A DNA stretch of 64,000 nucleotides, from positions 12,786,909 to 12,850,908 of the forward strand of contig CM082580.2 in the NCBI GenBank assembly GCA_040954595.2, written 5' to 3'. This DNA is from Balanoglossus misakiensis (lineage: Eukaryota; Animalia; Hemichordata). The translations under genes and the position numbers were made by a program. Below, in pieces: positions 1 through 12,000 of the stretch. Position 1 is the first letter of the stretch, and each line of letters begins with the position of its first letter. Under the pieces are notes generated by a model, which was not told the origin of the DNA, did no database searches, and saw only the letters and a list, made by a program, of their open reading frames with translations.

Positions 1-3000
1 CCCGACACGGCGCTTCACAATCATTTTCGCATCCTTGGCATCTCGACCAGCAATCTTTGTGCTGCAGGGAGCAAGGTTCGCTGCATGGACAGTCGCTTCT
101 ACAGCTCTGGTAGGTAACATTGCAGCGCTCGTAGCAATTCAATGATATGCAGTTGCTGCTGGAGTTGGTGGTTAGAGTTGCATTCATGCTGCAATTCTGC
201 AAGGTAGAATTGGATAGAGCGAGTGATGCATTCAGCGTACTTGTAACATTCTGATCTGTAACATTCAGATCAGGACAACCCACGAGACAGGAGTCGTACT
301 CTTCAGAGCAGTTGCTGCTGCAGATCCAGTCCAGAAAAATGCACTGGTGACTACACAGGTCGTACATGTCGGTACAGTTGTTCCTGCACTGCCACAAACA
401 CAGTCTGTCTCCCCAGCAGATCTGCGTACAGTTGAAATCACAAGCCTGCCTCTCGGTGCCACAGCCTTCAATACAACACAGGTTGTGACAACTGATGTAC
501 GGGGCGTGGCACATGTCTTCGCAGTTTGTGAGGCAAACAGCGTCGTCCTCCCAGCTGCACACTTCTTCAGGTGGACAGAGCGCGGTCATATTGCCGCAGC
601 CATGGTTGGGATCACCAGTTGTACAGTTGGTTCCATTCAACGTGATGTTTTCACTCACGCAGTTTGGCACGGGCACAAACTGGCACGTTTCCACACTACA
701 GAGTGGGAAACACTCTTCCTGGCAAGAGGCTTGGTCGATGGTACAGTTTTCGCGACATGTTTTGGGCACAGGGTCACAGTCTAAGCTGCAATTGGCATAC
801 AGCTGATGGCACGTTTGGTTGCAGGCGTCCAAACAGCCCCAGTCGTCATCACACAGCAGACAATCGTCCGTGCACAGGGTGAAGTTGGAGGAGCATTCGT
901 CAAAGCAGCATTCTTTTGAACAGTTGATGTGGCCCAGGGAACATTCCTGGTAACATCGCTGGGTGCAGTTTTGCCATGCTTCAGCATTACCCGGCCAGTT
1001 GCTTGTGCTGCACTCGACGTTGTCGCAGTGCTCGCTGCACTGCAATGCTTGGTCGGTGCAGTTGTCGTAGCAGGTGTTGGGCTCTCTCACGCACTCATAG
1101 CTACACTCGCCGTGCAGGTAGTAACACCCAACAGTGCAGTTGTAGTCCACGACTGCAGTGCTGTTCAGCTCCGCCGTGCAGTTGGCCGGCGAAGTGCAGT
1201 TGGTGCAGTTGAACAGGCAGACATCCATAACGGTGGTGCAGTCGCCGATGCAGCATTCCTGGGAACAATTGGTGAGAGTCCTCCCACAGTCTGTCACGCA
1301 GGCTGCGATGTCATCCGCAGTACAGTTGGCGCAGTCACTGTAGCAGGAGAACTCGCAGAAGTCAAACCATTCATAGCAGTCTGGTGCGCAGCCGCAAGAA
1401 CAGTTTTCTGGCTTCGGGTCAAAATCGGTGCAATTCGCATGAGTTGGCCGGTTCTCCTGAAATGTGCAGTTGCAATAATCCTCACAAGTGTGCCTCACCT
1501 CTGTGTAATATGCCGGCAATACACCAACCATGAAACAACCACCTTCATAGCTGAAATAAAAAATAAATACATATTTTTTTCCCCTTTTGGTTCATACAAT
1601 CTTACATTTCCCCAACTTATAATCCCACCACAGTACTTAACACAATGTGACTATGGAACATATGAACTATTTTTGGCTCAAACCTTATATAAAAAATCTG
1701 ACTGTAATGTACTCAGCTCAGCAAGCAATTCATTAAAATGATACTCACACATGCATGGTGTTGTTGAAGAAACAGGCATACATGATGTTGTGCTGTTCAT
1801 CATAGAGGATATTGTATGTAGACAGCTTCAGATCTGAAAGTCGACAGAGAACATTGTGGCACTCAAGAAACTGACTAAGGATTGGGTTGTTACAGTGATG
1901 TGCGAATGTTTGTTGCAAAAACATAATCTCATGTCAACTATTTTACAATCTAACCAACTTCCACTAAAATCACCCACTCACACAAAGTAGAGACTCTCTC
2001 ATCCTTACCTTCTAACTCTGGTCTTCCAGTGTAAGTTGATGGAACTAACAACAACAAAAAAGCAAAAGAATATCAAAAAATTCTTTCAAGTCAAATATAT
2101 TTGATAACAGTGTCAAAGCAAATTTTCAAGCAATTGTTTAATTGCTTTCAGATAAGGACAGTGTAACTGGTCAACTGACCTTCAAACTTGACTGTGGTAG
2201 GAATGATGTCATGGTAGTGGACCAGAACATTGTGCTTGTAGTCGTCTTCATAGGGGTTGTGTACATCCCAGCTGTAGTAGAAGACTTCAGCCAGAGACAC
2301 TAGGTGATAGTAGCCCTGGGCCAGCTCACTGTTTGGATCAATACGGACACTGAAGTGAAATGATAGGCAGTCCGTGTTTGGAAGTGTTGACAGCTGTGTT
2401 TGAAGAACAAAATCAATGCAAATGAATGAGATTTTAATTTCTGTTTTAATACAGTGGTGGCTTGAAATAGTGGTGGGTGGATGAAGCTAAGACTATCATA
2501 CACCACACACATCTATCAGAAAACCTCCTCACAACACTTACGTAGAATTTAAAACTCTCGTCAGGTGTTGTTGTGAGCGCAGTCACTGGTAGAGTGTCTC
2601 GGCAAGACTCCTTGGATGCAGCCATCTTGTGATTGTGGAGTTCAACGAACTCTACGTAGTATGGAAACAGCCAGACAACATGGATGTCCCTGGCTGTGAC
2701 CGTCGAGAGTGGATTGTGTCTCACTTCAGTGTAATACTCCAGCGTGTCGCTGATGGAAAGAGAAGTCATTTTTTTATCACTCCAGATAAAACCTGTTTAA
2801 AACACACTGGCAAACACACAAACTTTTCCAACACTGGCTTCAAAAGTTTGATGTAATTAAAAGTCAAGTTTCAACAAACAAAACTTAGGACAATTGAATG
2901 TAACTCACCCTGGAAAGAATCCTTGATGTTTGGGTGACACAGACACAGTCATATCTAAGATCACTTCTCCAGCCTGCAAGGAAATTGTAAGACTGATCAG

Positions 3001-6000
3001 CAGTTAGCTCTTGCAGTGAACACTGCAATGCCGATTCACAATTGAAAGTTGGTAACTGATGACGAATGTTATACAAACCTCAAGAAGATATGGTGCAAAT
3101 GGAATGGCTGTTGGTACACGGTCTTCTCCGTGGTCGTAGCTGACATATGGATGCAAGATCTCTGTGACCCCTTTGGTGGACAGTGCATCGATTGAGAATG
3201 TCACTTCTAGTGTCAGTACATCCTATACATCAGAAATAAACAAACAACTGGTGATCTTGACTCCAAGAGTAACAGCAAAATATAAGATCTCATATTCACT
3301 GATACCAGCAAGTACATTGTAATCAAGAACTTGCCTCATCTACTTGATGTAGACCTGTATACCACTCACAGGACTGTTCAACCACAGTGCTATACATGGG
3401 ACCATAGATGGTAATGTAGTCTTCACCACCGCAAGTTGTATTCTGGTCTCCTGAAATATTCATGTTAAATTACAATGCAGATATGAATAGAAAGGTCAAG
3501 AAAAACCAAGAAATCAGTTTTCTCTTGTCTTTTGTGGTAAAAGTCAAATTTAATATACTAGCAGTTCCACTGTGGGATTTCTTGTTATTACCTGAACATG
3601 TGACATTACAGTCACTCATCTGTATATAGTAAGGTATATTGACAACATAAGTGACATTTTTCCATCGGACTTCTTCACGGCTACAGTTACCCAAGTAGGT
3701 GGTGTTGAAGCTGAAAAGCTCGACAAAACTGCAGTTGTCGTAGACATAGGATTCTGCGATTTCGATGATGACATCGGCACAGCTGACAAACTGACACCAC
3801 GGAGCGCACTCGGTGTTCGCCACAGTGCTGCAATCTACACTGCTGTTGCTCTGCAGGCAGGTGTGTGTGCTCTGATTCAAACACTGGGAGCAGTTACTCA
3901 GCTCGGTCGTTACGCACTCACGGACTGTTGAGTTGTATGCTGGTACGGTTTCTGACTGGCAACCGAAGCTGGTGATGTTGTTGCAAGCCTCCACGGCCAT
4001 GTCGGTGCAGTTGATGTTTGTGGACGCTGAACAGTTCTCGAACTCGTCGCGATAGCACTCCCAGGTGACTGGGCTCGTGCACATTTGCATGGCACGATCG
4101 CTGCACACCTGGCTAAAGGTCTCGTTGCAGGTCCTGTACATTTCCCGGGTGCAATTTTCGTACAGAGTTTTCCTGCAGAAATCTAGCTGCCTCGTCCTGT
4201 ACGTTTCCATAGCCAGGTGCTTGCAGTCTTCCATCACAGTCTGGCTGCAGGAAGCAGTTGCTTGCACCCGGCACGCCACACTAGCATTCCCCCGACACAG
4301 CTCAGTTTCTGTTGCTACGCAACCCTCATCACTGGAGCCTTCACAAGCAGACGCGGCAACCGCACCACAGGAGTTGGTCATCAGTTGAAAGCACTCGGTG
4401 AATGTCAAATTCCTGCACCTGTCAAACTCTGCCCTCGTACAGTTCTCGTACACTGCACCATCTTGGCAGACTTCGATCAAAGTCTTGTTGGTTGAGTCTT
4501 CATAGGTTATGTTGCAGTCTTCATAGACGGTTACAGTGTAAGACTCCAGTACAGTTTGATTGGCTGGCGTGTAGATGATGGTGGCGTTGTCATGGTAAAA
4601 CTCCAGCTGAGTTCTGTTACCACAGTAACACTCAGTGCCATTCTTGGTACCGGAGTAAAAATAACCATCAGTCCTGAGAAGTACCAGATGTAAATTCATT
4701 AATTGGAAACTGACAAGCTTGGTAAAAAAAAATACATCAACAGAACCTGGAGGAGGAAACACTGACTACATGTATGTAACCCACCTGCAGAGTCGCATAC
4801 AGTTCCTTCGCGTCATATTCTGAGTCTGATTGTTGTGTTCTGGATTATCAACTGTTGCCATGACAACTTCAAAATAGTGAGTGGTGTCCAGGAAGCAGCC
4901 TTGCAGCAGAAACCTCTCATGGTCCATGGAGTTCAGCCGTGAGCAGCCTGGGTTGGTAGGGTAGGGCTGTTGCTCTCCTCTCATTGTCTTGAATCTTTTC
5001 TGTTTTGCCGACTCGTCAAAGTTCTGTCGGGACAGGAGTATGAATACAGTACGATGAGGAGCGGTGAAACTTGATGAGATCTGGGATATACTGTATTATT
5101 ACACCAAAAAGCTGTACTCTCTTCAGTCACTTATATGAACATTTTATTTTTGGCAATTACTCATTGAAACATACCAGTGGAACACTGTTAACTTACCCTT
5201 GGATAATACAAAAGATCCGGTACACTGTACAGACCTCGCAACTCGGCATAGAAATAGGGATTCCCATCCAGATCTTCCGTGATGGAACTGTTTGATAGTT
5301 TGGAGTGAGGGAACTGGATTTTGTTGCCTAGTTTGGTGAGTTCAACTGACTCAAACGTGAATCCATTACCTGGTACAAGAATATATCAGGAGATTAGGAC
5401 TGTATAAGTAGCTGCTATTAAGCACTCTTGATGAGCTGGTTAAAGACCAACTGTGGGTCACACAGAGGTGAATACACAAAATGACCAATGGTGACCTTCC
5501 CATACCTTTTGGAAGTTTCATGACAACCGTCACATTGCAGATGATCTTGGGGATGATCAGTTCCACTTCGAACTTGACCTGGCTGGCATTTCTGAGATTG
5601 ACCATGACCTGGTGACTCGGCTCTGAAGATGAATACACCGAGAAATCGATGTCGCCACTGCTGTCTGTCGGAATCATCATATGGACTCTAGCGCTAGGTG
5701 CTGGCGCAGTGAAGTTGAACAGCACGTCTTTTTCAATCTGATAGTATCTGCTGTGTTTGGTCTGGCCATACACTTTGCTGGAAAAATACGACATGGTGAC
5801 CTGCAATTCACGATAATAAAAAAAAGTACAAAAGCAGAGTCAGTTAAAACAGAGTGTGATTTGACGCAACATTTAACAGCAAGTATATACCAGTTCTCTG
5901 CATCATTGAGAATGGCTCGATCACTAACCTGAGATGCCCACGTCATACCAGGGTACGTTTCAATCTCCGGTCGTATCCTGAAGGGTATCTTAAACCGTTC

Positions 6001-9000
6001 GCACGTGTCTGGATGGTTGAACCGTTGAATCTTGACTTCAAAGTCGTAGTCGCTGGTTTGCAGCAGGGACGGGAAGGCCAGCAGACTCATAATGGTAAAA
6101 TCGGTCATCTGCCGACTGAAGAAATGCGCACCTTCCAAGAGATCTGCAGCCAGATCCGAGTGCAGGCTGACAAGAACATCAAATGCATTTCCTGTGGGCA
6201 AAAAGAGATCCAGTACATCTTCTAATTTTGGATTTGGGGGTTTTCAATATTTTTTGATGATGTACATGTACACATACCTCTCTTTCGCGATTGCTGAAAA
6301 CACACTTTATAAACTTTACAAACACTATTCTTTTTTATCACTGACATTTGACATCCTTTGAAATTACATTCTATGGCATTACATTATGGTTCAAGCACAT
6401 GTACATGTACATGTATGCCTATTATGTAATTTTACAGTCTCAGCACAATGAACAGATACACCACATTTTAGCCCCAACTCTGACCCACCATCTATGGAAC
6501 TCACCTGTAAATTCTGGGTCATGTGTGATAGTCAGACCATACTGTATGATATCACCAGCGGTTCTGCCCACAGCCGTACAGCCACCTTCCTCATTCTCTA
6601 CAAACCCACTGTAGCATTTACATCTGAAATATTATGAAAGGAGAGACAATGAGGCAAATGTGATGTACTATTAGTGCTGACGGAGTTGCCCTATCTTTCA
6701 ATAGTCAAACAATATACAAATTAATTATTGTCCTTCCACCAATGAAATATGCCTAATATAAACACATAATTTGTATTCAAAACTAAGAACCTCAACTTCA
6801 AAGAACTAAAAAGCTGATCTTATGACTTACTCTTTGGTACCACACTCTGTCATGGTGTCTGTTGCCGTGATACAAACTCTCGCCTCCTCACAAACCTCAT
6901 CTTGACAACACGTGTTGACATCACATGTGTAACTACTAGTCCCTGTCACCTGCTCTAACTGCCAGCTATGATCTAACACCTGATTAAGTACATGTAATAC
7001 ATAATGGTTATTCTCATCTGTTTGTCTGTCTCTGTCTGTCTATCAGTCTGTCTATACAAACGTAGCTCAGATATCCAAAAGTTTACAATGATCACTTTTC
7101 TGCTCTTATTCTTATCTAACTATGTTCTGAATTTTGGCATTTCACAATTTGGACGGGATGCTTTGACATAAGATGCATTTTCCAAAAATTTACAAAACTA
7201 GTTCACATTTTTAGGGGTTTCCAAAAAGAACAGTGAATGTTACATTTACCATAGGAATTTCAAGTTCAGTAATAAAAACATTAACATGTTTATTGAAGAC
7301 TCACCTCAGCTCTTAGGCTGAGTTTTGGTTCCACAACCTGCAGTACTAATTCAGTGTCCACAAGCGTAATCAAATCCCTGACGTAGTCGCTGACGTAGAC
7401 CGACATCATACTGAAGGGTATGTCCATGTCATTCTGCCAGTAATCCACGTTGTTGATTCGAAACGCAAAGCGGATGGTGATGTAGTCAGCGTCACTCAAT
7501 GTGTTGTTGGCCTCACTCACGACCACACCTGTGTTGTAAAAAAGAAATATGGAATCGTTAAAAAATCTGTGACACTGGAATGTAGAGTTGCTGCACCACT
7601 ATGTTCTTTCATCTGGTTCAATGATCAGAAAAAAGAAGACTTCACTCATCCACTGGAAACTAATCTAAATATTTTTCCACATATGTCATATGTTTAAAGA
7701 AAATGAAAGTACAGAGATGTACAACTTGATGAGATGCTACCACAAGAGAATTGTGCACAACATAAACATTCACTGCACACATGGTAGACTCACCTCCTTG
7801 TATAGTGAACCCTCCACTTTTGAATTCCGCTGTGACGTACGGCGACGGCGGATAAACCTCCCCACCAACCCCGGCAGCGTCCAGGAAGAATGAGTCGGTG
7901 TCGTTGCGGACTGAAATCTTATCTGTCAGAAATGCATCACCGTAGTTAACAGTGTAGTCCTGCAGGTCTGACGCGATGGACAGATTCACCATTTGTAGCG
8001 TGATTTCCGGCATGAAGAGCTTAGCCTGAACTACAACGATGTCCCCGATGGAAAACGTCTTCGGTAACGGACCCTCTAGCTCTTCTATGTGATAGATGTA
8101 GGCTGTTGACTTGTCCATCTTACTGGTTATTGTAGGAGCGTCGATCTGAACCGTATCTTCATCGGATATAGGACTGTATTTCCTGCCAGGGAAGTCTATG
8201 GAACAGCTGTCATACTTCAAGATTGCCGTTCCAGTGATGAGGCTGTTGGCAACATAGTCTATGTAGTTTTTCACAATCAAAGTGAATGTTCCGGTGAATG
8301 ATGACTCTGGCGGATCAACTGGGAGGAAATTAAGATAGAAAATTCCAAGATCATTGTTGTATGTAACATTGCAATGAGACAGGTCAGCGCAGAGTTCTCC
8401 TGCGACGACATCTTGTGGAGTCAGAAGGCCAGAGCCAGTTATCCTCGTGAAATTGACCGCATCCAGAGTGACGGTCAAATTGTATGCCGGACTGTCAGAA
8501 TTAGCGGTGTGCCTGACGTCGAAGTCAAACTTGACTTCATCGAGACGATCGACAATTTCAGGTTCTGGATGCCGAGTAAAAGTAATGGCCAATTCTGGTT
8601 CCACGACGATGACGTGGTCGGACAAGCTGGTTTCCGCAATGTCCTTGATGGTGGCATTGTAGTCCCAGTTGTCCAGAATTGCCTGCGTTTCGTTGTCCAC
8701 TGGAACAAAACAACTGCAGTCTGTGGTTTGATACTGCCCGGGGAGCAACTGACACTTGGATTTTTCGACTTCATCGAAGTCTGTCTGGATGTCAGGACAG
8801 CTGCACTTCAGATAGTGGTGTGTTCTGTATCTTGTCAAGACATCTGGACCAGGAGAGACTGTGGTATTGCTGACTGACTGGTTTTCTGCAGTAATGTTCT
8901 GAGCGTCTGTGGTGACATTGTACGCAACATCTCGATTCAACCTAGTGCATGAACAATTAGTCTCAGATTCGATTTGTTCAACTGGTGTTGGCACAAGGGA

Positions 9001-12000
9001 GCAGTTTTGTTTGGTCTCATTGACGCATCTGTCCGTCAACAACAGGGACCCATCAACAGTGCAGTTGCACAGCCTTGGGTAAGTCTTGGACTCTGCGCAC
9101 CTACATGACTGAACATTGAAAATATCCTGCATTAGTCCATCATCAGGATTTAGGTTGCTGCAAGTACAGTTGTATTGGTCGGTTGTCGTGGTATTATGGC
9201 AGGTGCACGACAGCAGAGGCTGGCAAATTCTTTCAGTGTTATTCACACAAACTTCAACATCAATATTCTGCACATACAGCATCTCAGTACATGTGAAGTG
9301 TTTATAGTGCACCCAAAGACACATTTGGACGTGCTGCTGGAGTTCTTGATCGCCGGTCCACAATACAACATTCAGAGATGCGCAGTTACATACGGCCGTC
9401 AAATTACCAACAAGGCCTTCTCTGTCAAGCGCGTTAAAGTAGTCATCATTGCTTTGGCACAGGTTAATGCAGTCGCAGTCAAAACCTCGTGCTTCTCTCT
9501 CGTGCGGTCGAACAATCTCAGTGCAGTTGCAGTCAATATCTGTAGCGTTGTACAATTCTGTGCTTGGGCAAATACAGTCCAGCATTGGCAGCTCCGGGAT
9601 TGAAAGATCATTCTCGTGGCAGGTGCAGTTCTCTTTGAACACTGATGCAGGAGGGATGGGAATTCTTTCGTACATAAATGTTGATGTGAAATTAAATTCC
9701 AAATAGGTGCCACGAACCAGTTCAGGTTCATCTAGAATCACTACAGTAACAAAGACGGCAACTTCGTCTCCTCCCCGAAAACTTTTTGTTGGCACGGCAG
9801 GTGAATGGTACAACACACCTGAAACACAAGTAAGATAAACATTTTCTGATGTAGGCACACTAGTGAGCATACAAAATATACATGCAGTGATTCCCAGTGA
9901 GTCAGCCGATAAAACACCTACAATAATGGCATTATGAATACATACGTGGAGAGATAGGGTCATGCTGGTTCCCGCCGATGAAACTACACACCACGCCAGG
10001 TCTTGTGGACGTCACAGTCGTGTGGACGACTGCAGTCATTCCCAACATGACTGTCTCTTCAACTTCACACTCATGGGGACCCTCGTCTGCTGGCCCTTCC
10101 GTAACCTGCAACACCGGTGCAGCAGTGGTGTTTCCCATTGCCGTTGGTGCCGTGGCCTCTGTCATACCCGATGCAACGGTAGTCGCAGCAGAGTTAGTCC
10201 AGTTGACGCAGGAGTTGTATGAGTCTAGTATGGCGCTGCGGACAGGATCCTGCATTGCTTCGGTGGCATTGCGAGGACTCTCTGCATGGAAATGACAGTA
10301 CTAATTACAAAACACACCAGAAACAGAAAATGGTAACAGCGGCTTTTAAAGAACTTAAGTTACACATACTTCAAAAGTAGCATGTAAAACATACAAGTGA
10401 GTACATGTTTCTTACCTGTTGTCACAGCTTCCATTGGACAGAGACAAATGACATTGTCAGTTACATTCTGATTATTTTCTGTCTGATGTGAAGAACACTC
10501 TCTGTACAGCATGGCATCACAAGCCTGCACCGCCAACACCTCACACGGCTCCACCACGTTCGCCTCTGCGTGCGCGTGCAGGACGTCCGTGCAGTTCCCT
10601 GACTGTGTCTGGTTGCTTGACGTGCTGTTGCTGTTCAGCATCCCTGTGGAGTTGCTGCTGCAGGCACTGGCATTTTGAGATGTGTTATGCGAGGTCAGGT
10701 TGAAGGTTGGCATTACTGCCTGACAGTTGGCCAGGGTGGTTTGGTAGCACACATGGTACCAGTACGGGCAGCCACGCGAGGTGGCGTTTCTCGGGGTCTG
10801 TTCTGTGGCGTTTGCACTTGTCTGGTTTGAAACGAGGTTGTCAGTCTGCGAGGTCGGAGCAGCAGGCGAGCTACTGGTGCTGAAGTTTGATGTTATGTTG
10901 CCAGCAGCACCGGTCAGGGTTTCGTTACTGCCATACCCGGGTGACGGCAAGACGGTTGCTATGGGTAGATGTGTCATTGCCATGGAGACGTTGCATCCGG
11001 CAACAGCATCGAGCTCTTCGCAGGAATACTCTGCCATGATGGCTGTCAAGTTCACCGTGACATTGAGATTTTCGAAACGATAACACAGGCAGTCATCTGT
11101 CAGCTTTTCCTCTCGGCCGAAGCATTCATGTTCATAGAACACATCCTCTATTGGCAGCGGACTTGGCACAGAGGTCCTCATGTAGTCAAGGAGCCACTTC
11201 TTCCTTGTGGTTTCCAGCCGTGGCAATGTGACGTTAATCACAAGCTCAGTCGGGATTGGTGGAAGTGGAACTCTGTATTTGAACGTTGCCTGTTCGTGAA
11301 TGGCTAAATCTCTCTCCAGTGTTGCTGGCTCTGAGGTGCTGACAAACTCCAGAGTAGCATTTCTTATATTGACAACATTCAGGGATGCCAAGGAGATTTC
11401 GTACAGCCGACCCCACCGGTAGAAACTGTAGATATCAACTTCAGCTGTTGCTAAGAGAGCCATTCCTGCAAATTTAATGAAATAAAAATTGCAAATAAAT
11501 CATATATCAAGGTCTGACATACCTTACATACCCACTTCCTATACTTTACATCTTAAGAAAGTCCCGCACACACCTGTAGTCAGCTTGGTAGATACTTTGG
11601 CCAAGAACGTCCCTTCCAGGATTTCTTCCAGTTCCAGCTTGTACAAGTACAGCTGAAACACTTCGTCTGTCTGCTCGGGACCCATCTCATGGAAAACTTC
11701 CGTCCTATCTATTGGCCTTGAATTGTTATTTGGCAAGAAGTCAGCATACACTTCCATGTATTGTAAGTGGATGTCAATCAAGATGTGGTAAGCCGAGGTT
11801 TGAGACTCTGGATCGTGAGTCAGGGTTATCTTGTACTGGAAAACATCACCTGTGAATTCAAATAGTTGTTTATTATCTACTAGGCAAAAACTCCAAATAA
11901 CCAAGAGATATGAAAACTATCAATTGTTATCTTCTGCTGCTTATATGCCTGCACATTCTCACTTTGACCAGTAAAAAGACAACGTGAAATGATGATGTTT

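Noticed and set aside
347-1741. Plus-strand ORFs of 145 and 270 aa rich in Ala/Val/Thr
   Set aside because: Antisense shadows of the Cys-rich minus-strand exon (TGC/AAC read as GCA/GTT).
3223-3334. Possible GC-AG intron (GAG|GCAAGT)
   Set aside because: A phase-compatible GT donor (CAA|GTAGAT) lies 9 nt away, so it cannot be decided from sequence.
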